Source of the DNA: Geosiphon pyriformis uo1
Lineage: Eukaryota > Fungi > Glomeromycota
Assembly (NCBI GenBank): GCA_016748015.1
Contig: JAAOMT010000603.1
Location: forward strand, 153,008-217,007
Direction of reading: 5' to 3'
DNA length: 64,000 nucleotides
Positions within the stretch are counted from its first letter, which is position 1, and each line of letters starts with the position of its first letter. Below the pieces are notes generated by a model. The model was not told the origin of the DNA. It saw only the letters and a program-made list of their open reading frames with translations, and did no database searches. The translations under genes were made by a program, and so were the position numbers. Of this stretch, positions 47,801-61,686 are shown piece by piece.

Positions 47801-49456
47801 TGCAATTTGTCTTTAGGTGGCTCTTTGGCCAGCTTTTTTCAGTTTCATAATAGAGTGCCTATATCTGCTGTTCTGGGCAAATTCTTGTTTTTCAAATACT
47901 TGCCTTTTCTCCAGTATTATGGCATTGCCTTTGTGGATCAGCTTCAGGATCATCATGGGGATATCTTTGATTGGTACACCTTTAAGTGGTAGAAAAAACT
48001 GGATCCTCGTGGCCTGGTTCCTGAGTGGTTTGGGCACTCTGTTGCATTTCTTAGTGGTGTATCTTCCTCTCCTTTGGCTTTGAGTGGTGTTGGTCCTGTA
48101 GACATTTGTGGTTCTGATGATTTTGTGTCTGTATGTAATCATCTTTCTCGGGTTGATACTGATAATTTGTCTGTGTATACAGATAGATCGGTGAAAAATT
48201 TGGGCATGACTGGTTGTAGGGCCGGGGCTGCTGCCTTTTTTGAGGATATTAACTTGGGTTTGGGTGTCTATGTTCAAAGTTTGATGTCGTCTATTTTGGC
48301 GAAGTTACAAACTATAGCATTGGCTCTGAAATGCGTACCTGTGGATTGTTCTGTTTGCCTGTTTTCAGATAGCCAGACAGTTTTGGATGCTTGCAAGTCA
48401 GAGGTTAACTTGGTGTATCCTGACTTTCACAATTGGTGTTGGGTTGAGTGCCAGCATATTAGGAATATTATCTGCAAAAAAAATTTGAGAGTTAGCTGGC
48501 ACAAGGTCAAGGGCCACTCTGGTGTGTTGAAAAATGATTGCGCCGATAGCATTGCTAATGCTGCAGCTCTCTCTGATTGGTTTCTCCCTTCTGATGTTGC
48601 TGAATGGTTTTTGTTGGCAGATGGTGGTATTGTTTCTGGTAATTCTAGGCACTTTGTTCAAGATGTTTTTCGTGCTATCTGTCAGGCGTGCTGGGAGATC
48701 AGTTCTGGTTCTAGGTTTCTAGCTGGTGATTTGCACTCGGATGTCAATTGGCTTACCTCTTCCAGAGTTTGGCATCCAGATTTGCATATGACGACTGGTT
48801 TTACCAGCAAGCGCACTGCTGATATTCGTACTTACCTTATGAAGGCTTTGTACTATCAGCTTCCTGTTGCTATTTGAAAGTATGTTTATGATAAAAGTTA
48901 CCCTAGTGTTTTGTGTCTGTATTGTGGTGAGATGGAGGTGTCTGATCATGTGTTCTCTTGTATGATTGATGATACGGCTTGTCATCAGGTTTTGGAATCC
49001 TGTATGTCTTCTTGGAAGGTGCTTTCTGGTCTCTCTCTCCCTTCTTCAAGTGTTTTACAGATGCTGTCAATCTGTGCTTCAGATTTCCTGATATTCTCAG
49101 CCCTTTGCAAAGGTTTTGTTTTCAAAGAATGGCTTTAGGAGACTGTTTCTATCTTCCATGATCCCAGAGTTGCTAGCATTAAAATTGCTGATTTTGTATG
49201 CTCTATTTGTGTTGCTTTTAGGAATGACATTTGGTTGGTCCATGCTAAGCATCATGCATACATGGAAAAAAATGGCCTGATTCTAGTGGATGGTTCAGTT
49301 CCTGTCTCAGTTTCTGGTTTGGCTTCAAGATTCTTGAATGGTGTGGTTAAACTGCTTGGTGTTACTGAAGCTTTTGGCATTCGTTTTGGCTTTCGCAAAT
49401 CTTGCTTTTTTTTTTCAGGTATTGGTGACTCAGTTACAGTTAATATAATTGCGTAG
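44815..49456 (+). pseudogene. LINE copy 3 ORF2: APE endonuclease - RT - RNase H - CCHC Zn finger
   Basis: TCNVRGIN, TETKL, GGNFN, IDY; IPKP..W, QGEV.S, AFVDNT; VYTD.S, DSQ, KVKGHSG..ND.AD; CLYCGEMEVSDHVFSC. Confidence 0.95.
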
Positions 49457-52235
49457 TGTTGTCCTGACTGGCTCGAATGGCTGGTCACGTGTGGAAAGTG
49501 CATGATTCATGCCTAGTTTAGATTATTTCTTTGATGTATAGTTCTAGGTAGTGTTTGGATCTCGCTTATTAAATAATAATAATAATAAAAAAACAATATT
49601 TAAATACTAAGTATAACTAATATGTTGTCTTATAGTGTAATGTTAAGTTGTTTCTTCTAACAATTTTTTTTACTTATTTAAAAACTTTTTTGTTGAATAT
49701 TTATTTATTGTTATTTATGTATAATGTTTATAGGTTTAGTTTTTTGCCAATTTTAAAAAACCAATATGTTAATAGAAATTTTTTTTCATATAATTAAGTT
49801 GTTTAAAGCTTTTTTGATTTTTTTAAGTATTTAAGTATATGAATTTTTTTTTAATCTTTTATAAGACTAGAAACATTTAATTCTAGTTGAATTTTGTTTA
49901 CTTTTTTTTTATTTAGAGTTCTATATTGTATCTCTTTTTTATCAATTGTAATTTCTATTGGTATTGTAAATTATTGAATTGTTTTAAATAGTTGTTATTA
50001 AAGTTTTAGAATTTTATTTAAAAGATTTATACTAAGAATGTTTTAAGCTTTTTTTTCCATTTTTTTAGTATTTATATATTTAATTTATATAATTCAATTT
50101 TTTGTAATTAGACTGTATTTCACAATAATAATTAGTTTTAGATCTTATAAAATATTTTTAAGTTTGATTAATAAAATTTGTGTTCCTAGTTAAAAGATAA
50201 TTGATAATAATTTTTGTGTTGTATAATAAAGTTTTAAACAATTTTCATGTACAGCTTTTTTTGAAATTCTGTTTTTTAATTATAGTTTATAAGCTCTATT
50301 GTTAAGAATTTTGTATATATAAAATAATTTATCTTATTTCAAATCAAATTTTTTATTCTACTCTTTTTTAGCTTTTGTATAATATAATAATATTTTGTTT
50401 TTTATCTTGAATTTAATTAGTTGTTGTAGTATTTATTATTAATACTTTTGTAAATATTATTGTGTTATTAATTTTAAAAAATAAATAAATAAATTTTATT
50501 ATAAAATAGTTTAATATTTCTATTGGCTATTATAATTTAAGATATTATAATATAATTAACTTTAAAACTTAATTAGTTAATTAATTAAAGTATTATAATG
50601 GTTTAACAGATTCACTATTTAAAATAAATTTAATTAGTGTATTATTTATTGTTGTTTTTATATATATAATAGTAATTAAACATTTCTTATTTAATACTGT
50701 TTTATTAAATATAGCTTTATTTTTTTATCTTAAAAAAATAATAATTATAAGACTATTATCTTTAGTAATAACTGTTAGTAGTATAGTTTGATTTAAAATT
50801 TGATTTTTAAACAAATTTTTAGCTTTAATTATGTTTTTATTATTATTATTTTCAAAATTCAAGTTTTTTAATATATTAAAATAAGTTTGTCAATAATTTT
50901 AATAGTTTAAATTGACTTGTTAACTAAGTTTTATGTGGTTTGTGTTTTTTTGAATTATTATATTTTTATTTTATATGAATTGATTTTAGGGTTCGAAATA
51001 CCAATTTGAATTGATTATTATAGATTATTGCTAATAAATTCTTTAATTTTGATATGTAATTAAATATTAATATTTTATTAATATATATTAATTTTTGAAT
51101 ATTTATAATAATATATAATAATTGTTTTTATGTATTTTATATATTATTTGTATTTAATATTAATTAATTAAATGTTTTATGTATTTGCAAAAATAGCAAA
51201 TATGTATTTTTGTTTTAAAGTCTTAATATAATAAGCAATTTTATTAATTATTATTAAATTTCTGATTATATTTTTAAAGTATTTAATAAGTATTGTTTTT
51301 TTTAAGTTTAGAATAAAATAACTTTTTGTTTTTTTAAAGTTTTTATTTAATTAAAATACTTTTTTTTTAATATTTTTGTTTTATTTTTTTCTATTATTAT
51401 GTTAATTATTTAGTTATAATTAATTTTTTTTAGTTAATTTAAGAGCTTTAACTAATATAACAACTTTTGTTAATAAATTAAGATAAGCAAAGTATATATT
51501 TTTTAAAATATTAGTTTTTAATTTTTTAAAATTTAAGAATTAGTGTAATATTTTTGTTTAATTGCTTCAATTTAATAACAAATTTAATTAAATTAAGCAA
51601 AATATTAAATAACAGTTTTATTTATATCTTGTTTAATAATATTAAATTTGTTTTAAAATTGTATTATAATATTTAAATTATTAAAGTATTTTAATAGTAT
51701 ATTTTTAAATTAGTTAAAGCTTGTAAATTTTGTTTTTAAGTTTTAATATTATAAGTTGGCAATGTTTTTTAGAAAAAAAAATAATGTTTAAATTGCTTTT
51801 TAGTTATTTCAGTTATTTGCTTAGATGTTTTTTTGACTTTTTTAAATTATATATATATGTCTATTTTTTTTTAAAAATTGGTTAATTATGTAATATATAA
51901 TATGGCTATTTTATTATTATTTTCTGTTAATAAGTTTAATAATTTAAAAAAAGTTAAGAAAATATTTTTTTAAATGTTTCTAAAAATAACTTCTTTTATA
52001 TTTGAGTTTTTTTTTTAGTTATGAATTTTTAGGTTTTTTGTTTTAATGATTAGTTTTGTAATTAGTTTTATTTTGGTTTTTTAATAAGCTCTTTAAATTT
52101 TAATTCAAATTTTTTTTCATAATGTTTAAACTTTACTCCAAATTTTGATTAAAAAAAAGATTTTTAGAATAGTAATAAATATTTTTTTGTAATTAATATA
52201 TTTTTTTAATTATATTGTTTAAGCTTTTTAATATA

Positions 52236-53427
52236 CAATCTGGGACAAAAAAAATTGGACAAAAAAATGCATCTTATAAAATTTGATTTAGTTTAATCAA
52301 TTTTGGTTAGATTGTGGCAAAGTTAGTTGGAAATGAATACAAAAATAAGTGGCTATTGGCTTATATATTTTTTTTAATTCTTATGTAAAAATGGCAACAT
52401 CCAAGCAAAAAATACAATAACAAATAGTATTGTATTTTTGGAATCAAGAAATACAAATTGCAGTGAAAATACAGAAGTGAACAAATATACTATGTTCTAT
52501 TATTTACAATATTCTTAAAAAACTCGAAAAAACTGGGGTGATGGAGCATACAAGTGGAAATAGTTAGCCAAAAAAAATTAAAGGGGTTGCTTTGCGAGTA
52601 TTATAATTGTACATCAAATGGGATTTCTTAATTTTAATAAGAACTTTGACAACAATTTTGTCAAAAATAAATGTAGAGGTATTCTATAGAATAATTGGAA
52701 GGCATTTAGCATTTTTTGGTTACAAAAAAGATCTTTCTTGGGCCATTCCAATGCTTACTAATAAACATAAAGAGAGATGTTTAGAATGGACTTACCAATA
52801 CTTGAATAACAATTGGAACCAAACTGTTTTTACAGATAAAACAGTTTTTTGTTTATTCTGGAACATACTAAAGTATTGGTATAGAGATTTACAGTTCACT
52901 CATGCTATAAAGGAGAAAAAACAAGTTTATTTTGTTTTACTGAAATAATGAATAGTTATTTTTACATAGAAATTTTTTATACTCACCTGTTTGAAATTAG
53001 AGAAATGCTTGGGCATAGATGGCAGTTCCAACAAGACAATAATTTGAAACACAAAAACAAAGTTTTCCAAGCCTTTATAGCTGCCAATATTAATAATGTT
53101 CTTGACTGGTCTGCCAACTCACCTGACTTAAACCCTATTGAAAACTTGTAAGCTATTGTCAAGAATAAGGTAGAAAAGTGAATGCCCAAAAATTGTGACC
53201 AGTTAATGCAGTTTATGAAAAAAGAGTAACAGATGATTTTCAAATCTATCCTTATTAAATTAGTAGAATTAATGAAATGGTATTGTGAGATGATAATTGT
53301 AAATAAGAGAAAAAGAATATTATATTAATTTTCTATTTTTCTAATGATATATTTTTTGTAAAATTTGGTCCATTAATTAAAGCACAATAATTAGTTTTTT
53401 GTGTTCAATTTTTTTTGTCTCATACTA
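52236..53427 (+). mobile_element. Tc1/mariner (IS630-Tc1, DD34E-type) DNA transposon, decayed
   Basis: Imperfect ~28-bp TIRs (CAATCTGGGACAAAAAAAATTGGACA / inverse TAGTATGAGACAAAAAAAATTGAACA) flanked by TA on both sides. Confidence 0.9.
52390..53328 (+). pseudogene. Tc1-like transposase pseudogene
   Basis: PMLT..HK..CLEW, W..TVFTD, FQQDN..KH, W.ANSPDLNPIENL; stops and an apparent internal deletion. Confidence 0.9.
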
Positions 53428-53951
53428 TAACTGAAAATTTTTAGTATTTGTTAAGTTAATTTAAATAATAATATGTCTTTTAATAAAATTTTTTTTTTAA
53501 TAAATAAATATATTGTTTTTTTACTAATTGTACAATGATTTTTTTTGGTGTTTAAATGAATATTTTTAATTTTTGTTGGTTTTTTTTATGACTAATTTCT
53601 GAATTGTTAATGTAGTTTTTGGTGTTTTTTGTAAATATTAGATAATTTTTGTTGATATATTGCTTAATTTGTAATAAATTTAAATAATAGTTATGACTAT
53701 TTTTATTTTTTTTTTTGTAATATATTATAATAAATTTTTATATAATTAAAGTTTTATGTTGTATAATTTTTTTTTCTCCTTATATAATAATTTATTTTAA
53801 TATTAATATAATATGTTTTTTTTTTATTAAGCATTTAATGAGTAAAGCCCAACTGTTATCTAGTACATAGAGCCAAACTAAGTGGCCCAAACTAAATGCA
53901 ACTCACATATTAACAACATGTGACTAGTCACTCAGGCCAGACGAGGCAACA

Positions 53952-56900
53952 CTATACACTAATATTAACACGAAGCTTACTATCCAAACCTGAAAAAAAG
54001 AGGCAAGGCCTAAGATGGCCAAAACTGACAGCAAAAGACTCAGCAATGCCAAGTATTCTTACTACACCATCAAAAAGCACAGAAGACACACAACAGAACA
54101 AACCCAACACTAAAACATTATTACCAACCAAGCCAGTCTTCTCCATGTTCACCCTGAATCTAGATCTAACCAACCAGACCTTAGATTAATACAACTCAAC
54201 CAAAAACCTCACAAAATCAACCACAATACAGGAAGCCTTCTTAACATTATTGAAAACACCTGCCACTTCAGCACACCAAACCTTCATCACGAAACTCTTA
54301 CATAAAACTGAATATCTGCCAATATCCAAATAACAAGAATCAAGGACCTAAAGAACAGAAGAGGAGAACAGGTTATGAACACCAACCAAAGAAGTCCAGC
54401 GTGCAGAAGCCTCCAGCAAAATCTTGCCCTGGATATGAACATCCTGTGAACAAGTGAAAACATAGTCCAGCAGCTCCACCTCCCCACACAACAAACACTG
54501 AACATCTGAATAACATCTATTATACAGCCTCTTTCTGACTGCTATCAGCAATCTCTTATGCAATGCCTTTATCAAATATGTATGAAAATCTACTGACTTG
54601 CAGCTAGTAAACCCAGCAAGCATGTGTGAATCAGGATGCCAGATCTTTACAAAAGCAGCCCAATCAAAATCTCTCAACATGTTAGCCAAAACCACATCTT
54701 GACCAGAACCAGCCTCCCAATAAGCATGACAAATAGACCTAAACACATCCCTAACAAAGTGGCAGGCATTGTCTGAAACTACAGTGTTATCAGTGACCAA
54801 AAAACACTTTCATATTCTTATCAGCAAAACAAAAAAAGAGCAGACAGCCTCTCTTGCGAATCTATCAGCTTCCATATTACCAAGAACACCAGCATGACCT
54901 TTGACTTTAACCCAACTCACACTAAGATCCTTATCCTTAATCAAGTCGAAAACATGTCTCCTCTCGACTCAGCATCGATTGCAGAAATCCGGAACTTCAA
55001 GCAACATCTCAGAAATGCACGCATCAATAGCAGCTTGACTGTTGAGATACAACATTACAGAACTAGATGAGGGAACACATTTCAAAGCCAGAGCAACAGC
55101 CTGCAACTTCACCATAGTAGAGGACAAAAAGCCACAAACTTTGACTCCAACACCCAATCCCAGAGCTGGGAAATACGCAGCTGCACCACTTAATACATCA
55201 GCAGATCCAGCCCCCTTCAAAGACCCATCCGTATATGCCTCAAAACAGCCAGACCAAATCTCATGTAAACTATCCTGCATGGAGGAGAACACATCAGACT
55301 TCAAAATGTTCAAACCACCAGATTGAACAGCAACAAATAAGTGAGAAGAAAAAAAACTCTGATCCAGAAAGTACTTAGAAGCAACTGTAAACCAAAGAGG
55401 CACAAGGCCCCATGGATCTAAACACTTTCAGTGATGAAAAGTCTTCCAATTCAACAACAACTCCTTTTTATCGAAAAGCCGATCACCAAAAACAACACCA
55501 AAATGCTTAAGAGAATGAACAGAATTGAAGTACAAAGACTTCCCAAGAATCAAAGACATCGGAAAACAACCAGGATGACAGAAAGCATTGAGGAGATTGT
55601 TCACTAAAGAGAGATCAATATTCATCAAAATCTTCACAACACCCACTAAAAAATTGTTCACCAGACTAACACACAACTTGATAGGATACTGAAAAGAATT
55701 CAAAGGGGTCCAACTCAGAACCTGCAAGTCCAAAAACCTATGTTCAAATAAGTGGCCAAGAACACTGGATGCATTAGCAAATGAGACTAAGAAAGCCATC
55801 TTTTCCTCAGACTGCACCTGCTCAAAAGATTTTAGACCATACAGAGAAGAATGATGCAGAGCAGCATCAGGAAAGTGACGAGGTAGATGTGTCTTAGATC
55901 TGAAGCCCTTCCTAACTAAAACATCCCACTTGCAACAAATACCAGATGAAATAAAACTAAATTGCATATGATAACTAACAATGAGCTACAAAACAGCCAA
56001 CACCAAGTAGGAAAACTGCTTATCTGTAATCACCTTCCTGAGCACCCTGTTGACAAAAAAACAAACATCTGAGTGAGTTTTGGCCAAACTTGGTTTGGAC
56101 AACTCTTCAGTTGACAAAAAAATTCCCAAATATCTGTGAGCTTTACTCTTCTTGGTAATAGAAATCGGCTGATTATTTATACTCAAAGTAGCAATCTTAA
56201 TACCCTGATTAATAGGTATAGCCACTCTCTTCTCATTGTTTATGGAAATATCATTAATATAAAAAAACTCACTAGCGATATTTAAAGCATATTGCATGGA
56301 AGCTTGACAATCTCTAATCCAAATCATATTATCCACAAAAGTGCCAGCAGCAAAGAAGGAAGACATCCCACCACCATTCTCAATTCTGTCAGTCCTTGCC
56401 ACAAACTTAGTATCAATATAATAACCACACAGATATTCATGCCTTTTAACCTTACACAAGAGCAGGTCATAAAAGATTCTCCAAAGAAGAGACGAGAAAA
56501 CTTCACCCTGATCAAGGCCATCATGCACCCTATAACCACTCAAAAAACCAAAATCAGTCATCACCTTATTAACTCTGTCCTCATAAATGCTACCAAAAAA
56601 GTCAATAAACCTGCTGCACATTTTAATACAATGCAGACTAGCTCTTAGGTGGTGTCAACCAACAAAATCATATGCCTTGCACATATCCTACAAAACTAAC
56701 TACAGTTCTCTATTTTTTTCAAGAGCATTCTTAACCACTGATCCAACAGCAAAAACAGGAAATTGTGTTGAAGTACCCTTTAATACCAAGAAATTGTCAC
56801 CATGGAGAATGCCAAACCTACTGCACACAAAAGAAATCCTATCTGAAAGAATCTTGGAGAGAATCTTTCTGGCCATCTCTATCAAAGTGATGGGATGAGT

Positions 56901-58642
56901 GTTTGTCAAAACTCTATCCCAATCATAAGGTTTTGGGATCATCGAGACCCAGGCCCTCTTTCATAACGCAGGTACTGAACCAACAGACAAATACACATTC
57001 AACAAAACCAAGAGACACTTCATCACTTCCTTACCACCCCACTTCCAAAGTTTATTAGAAATGCCAGACAAGCCAGCAGCTTTGCTATTAGGCAAACCAC
57101 CAACAACCAAAAGCAATTCATCCAAAGTAATAGTACTCATAACACCAAAAAAAGCATTATCCTTAACATGAGCTAAAAGGGCATACTGATGGGCCCAGAG
57201 ATCAGGCAGCATTGAAGGCATCATCTGTCTCCTCGTCCAGCCTTTCATGATACTATTAACTTTCAACTTTACCTCTTTAGGCTCCAAAACAAGCTCATCA
57301 TCAATGACTAAATGATTCAACACAACCTTTCGAAAGGGCCAATCCAAAACACTCCTGATCATGCTACTCTTGTCAGAACAAAACTTTTCCATGTGCTTTT
57401 CAATAGCTTCTCTGATGGAAGCCTTCTGCGCCAATTTCGATTCATACAATTTGAACTTTCTGTACTTTTTTTTGATGATTGACAAAAACTTAAGAATGGC
57501 AATCTTCTTCCAACCTGATTGAACTATATCCATCAACACGAAAGCCTTGTCAGCATCCAAAGTAGACCATTTCCTCACAAAATAATTAAAACCAAGAGTA
57601 TTAGCCGTGCTGAACTTTTTGACAATTTTGATGATTAGCAACTCCAAGCACAGAAACTTAGAGGATTGTTTATTTTTCGAACACTAAAATTTACTGAACC
57701 AATGACGAGAAAAGATTTCATCTACAGAATCTACCAACACCTTTTTTAGCAGAGACTACATAGCATCCAGATCTTGCTCAGCAGCAGCGGCAAGGAAATC
57801 ATCCTTCATTCCCAAAACCATGACAGAAGAGCAGTTCCTAAAACGAGACTGTCCAGTAACATTTGCATTCTTGATATTAAACTTCCAGTGATCTTTGTTA
57901 GTCTGCTTGCACAAGCTATTCAAATGAACATTCAAAAGTCCATCCAAACCAACAGAAACCATAACAGCATTGTAATTGGTGTCGAAAAAGTCTGACACCA
58001 GGCCAACTCTATGGCCAGCCACAGCAGAAACCAAATTTTCACTAACAAAAATGAAATCAATAGTTCTTTCGACCCTCCTAGAATTATCCCATGTGGTAGT
58101 CCCAACTAAAGGATGACCAAAAAATGAATTAACCAAACCCAAACTCAAGCAAAACCTGAAGCTTGCACTCCTCCTAGATCCATTTTTGTTGAAATCCTCA
58201 CCTAAAACAACAAAAGTGCTGGAGTTAACAGCCTTAGTAATGAGAAAATTCACTCAGAAGCCTAACCAAAATGAACACCAGAAGAAGCACCAGCATACAA
58301 TCCAATAACAGAAACTGAAAGTTTATTTTTGAACAGAAGCCATACAGCAACAACTTGGCCAGAGACTTTCTCAACTTTAGAGACATAATGAGCCAAAGAA
58401 TTGTTCATGATGATGGCAACACCAGCACTGAGAAAACCAATGTCCAACCCAGAAGTAAAAATACAGACACTTTCATATTTATCCTTGATCTATAGATCAA
58501 CAGAAGATCTTAATTTTGTCTTAGTTACAAAAAAGATTGTAAAGCCAGAATCCATGTGCCAACAGAGAACATCTACTTGCTTTGCAGGAACATTGAGACC
58601 CCAAACATTACACATAGTGAGTTTCCAAACCAGGTCACTCAT
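53952..58642 (-). pseudogene. LINE copy 4 ORF2 (APE-RT-RNase H-Zn finger)
   Basis: CNVWGLN, G.DFN, IDFIF; FVDNM; AYTDGS, KVKGHAG; CLLCGEVE...VFTC. Confidence 0.94.
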
Positions 58643-60387
58643 TGGGATGAAGAAGGCAAAGGAACACCCAAACTAAAGCACATACCATCCAAACAAGCCA
58701 ACACCGAACCAATAGAAGCTTCCAAGGATGCTAACTTAGATTTCAAACCACTCACCTTGCCAGTGAGAACCTTAGAGCTACTCAAACCGAGAGTAGGCTT
58801 ACCAACAATGGCAGCAAAAGAGGGATGAGGAGCAGACAACATCGAAGCACCATCCAAAACTATATCTGAGTCTAAACTCAAAGCCAAAGATGCAGAAGTG
58901 TTAAAAAGACAAGTAAGAGATGAGGACACCAAAGGCACCAGTTCAATACTGGCAAAATGCCTAATGATAGTAGACACTCAGTCAGAAAGAAGCTCTAATG
59001 AGCATTCCAAAAAAGCCAAGCAGTCATTCAAAGAAGAGACATTACCAAAGCCATGATGCAAAAAAGGGATATAATTTGGCCAGCTGGAGATGCCTTTTCT
59101 CAGAAACAAAATCTTTAGAAAATTTAGCCAAAGATAATGATGGCATATTATTAGTAGAAGCATCATATTCAAGTGCCAAATGTCCAAAACGCTCACACCT
59201 TCCACACTGAACCAAATCCAATCTAGCCCAAGAGAGTCGCACACCACCAAAAATAGGCTCAGTGTAAAAGGCGGAATCCAAATCTCTCTCAGATTCAAAG
59301 CCAACCACAGCACAGCAAAATCTACTACCAGTGTCCAAAGAATGATTAATAATGCAAGTTCTACCACCTGTCCTATCCAAAAGAGTACCAAGATTGTGTG
59401 CAGTTGTTTTCACTGGCAAAGTAAACAGAAGCACTCTAAAGCAATCCTTAGATGCTCATGTATCACAATCTCCCACAGCCATAGCTACACAAACTGAGTT
59501 TTTTCCAATGAGGAATGACCATTTTGACACCAATAGCTCAGCCTGCCCCAATTCGGTGAACTCTATCACAGCCTTCTGCCATATGCCAATTAACTGAATC
59601 TTGATTGATCTGATCTCTCCAAACTCGGCAGCTGTGGCGACAATTATTTCCTTTGGTGTATCCATGAGAATTTCTTTGATCACCACAGCCCGATCTGAAT
59701 GCACTCCTTGTTTTTTGAGATTGGTGTTTATAACAATTTTATTTTCTCTGGCCAATGATGCAGCCATTTCCATGCTCTTTTCTGATGTAAACATTGATCT
59801 GATGATCCCTTTGAATTTTAAGGGGGTAGTGGCCCCCCAAAACCATTGATTGTTGAGAAAATTTTTCTAATTAACTGAGTCTTCACCATTGCTGATTTAC
59901 CTTCCACAGCTGAGAGATTAATATCCAAAGCAAATAATTTCTTAACCGACACCTCTACAGGAGTTTTGATGACCTTGGAATTAATCCAAATCTTATCCAA
60001 AAGAACCTTTTTCCTAAGGGGAGATGGAAGAGGCTTCACCTCTTCATCCATTTTAAAGTCAAGAGAACCAATAGGAGAACCAAAATTCACACCAGTATTC
60101 ACTCGTTTAGTCTTGGGAGTATTAACAGCTGAGTCCAAGAGAAAACCATCAAAACCACCAGACATACTAACATTATTATTATTACCAGATAGGCTCTCCA
60201 TATCAGAATATATACTAGCACCAGAACCAGACTTCAAAAAAACATTCTTTTCATCACCAGAGTGTTTAACATTTCCAAGAGAAGCTTTCTTTCTTTGTAA
60301 AAAGGAACCACTAGCAGGATCATGAAACACGCCCTTAGGAGCCTTCTTACTAGACATGCTGCCACTAAAGACAGCCTTCAAATCCAC
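58639..60387 (-). pseudogene. LINE copy 4 ORF1
   Basis: GFGG, IKIQLIGIWQKA, LLFTLP..TTAH, CGRCERFGHLALEY knuckle; ends in an ATGA overlap with ORF2. Confidence 0.85.
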
Positions 60388-61686
60388 AACGAAAGGGTTG
60401 TTAGTTAAAGAAATGTTGATATATTATTAACAAAAAAAACAAAAAACTTCTTTTCTTAGAAAAGTGCTCATTGGGGTTTTTTGGAGGTAGGAGAGAAAAA
60501 AAGTTTTTATAATATATAAAAATATTTTTAGTTAAATAATATTTTAATATTATAAATAAAAAACATAATAGAATTTAATAATAGTGAAATTAGTTTTTGC
60601 TATTAATTTGGTTTTTTTTAACAATAAATTATTACTAATTATTATTTTTTTTAAATTTCTATTTTTATAAAATTTACTAAATATTACGAAATAATTTTTT
60701 TGGTATATTAAATATTGATATTTTTATTTTAATTACAATTAGTTTTTTGTAAATCTCTTAAATATATTTATGTAATATTATTAATATTATATTAAAGACT
60801 TTTTTTCTGATATTATAATATAAATTATTTTTCAATTTTTAATTGTTGTGTATATTTATGTATTTTTTTAAAAACTAAACTGAAATTTATTTATTGTTTT
60901 AAGATTTTTTTTAAGTTATTTTTGTAATTGTTTAATGTGTTTCTCTAATTTAAAAACATAAAATGTTAATAATTTTTAATGTTTTTCTTAATTTTTACAA
61001 TAAAGTTTTTATTAGTTAATAATAATATAAATAATCTTAATCAAAATTATTTTTTCAAAAAATTTAGCTAATGAATAATAATTTTATTTAGTAAATAACA
61101 CAAGTAATTTTTTTAATACTTTTAATTATTATAATTTAATTTTTAATATTATTTTTTATTTTTTTTTAATTAAAAGTTTTTTTAACTATTTATTTAAAAA
61201 TAAAAACTAATAAATAATTAAAATAGAAGATTAGAAGCTAACAAAATAATTTTTTTTAATATTAAAATTACTATATATATATATGTTTGTAGTTTTATAA
61301 AAAAACACATTGTAATACTTTTTTTTTAATATCTTAATTTGATATTTACAATTATTATTAGTTGATACTTACTGTTATTATAAGTTAATACTTGCTGTTA
61401 TTATAAAAAAATATTTACTATTATATTAATTATTATTATTATTATTATATTATATTATAATTGTATAATTTATATTATAATTTTTTACTAAATTTTTAAA
61501 CTATAATTGCAGTTATTTGTATTTATTATTATTATATTAAACTTTTTTGTAATTTTAAATAAAATCTTAAATAAAATTTTTTTAGTAATAATTAGTCTTT
61601 TTTTTAATATAGATAATAATAACAATAATATGTTTTTTAAAATAAGTAAAAATTAATTATTAATTGTATTATTAAATATAATATAT

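Larger units (their letters stand above)
42888..49590 (+). mobile_element. LINE copy 3, full-length, uninterrupted, relatively young
   Basis: Pyrimidine-rich 5' end, ORF1+ORF2, 3' UTR, (TAA)n-A tail 49573-49590, candidate TSD AAACAATAT (42875-42883/49591-49599). Confidence 0.95.
53816..60503 (-). mobile_element. LINE copy 4, full-length, different subfamily from copy 3
   Basis: Poly(A) tail (T-run 53816-53825), homologous 3' UTR, ORF2 53952-58642, ORF1 58639-60387, pyrimidine-rich 5' end ~60480-60503. Confidence 0.94.

Noticed and set aside
46874-49503. Recurrent antisense ORFs over LINE ORF2 (also 55042, 56292, 62608, 63139)
   Set aside because: Shadow ORFs from the T/G-biased coding strand; recurrence reflects copy similarity.
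49600-52230. Possible ancient coding/TE remnant in AT-rich spacer
   Set aside because: Strand-biased composition hints at a relic, but no motif, termini or ORF could be supported by eye.
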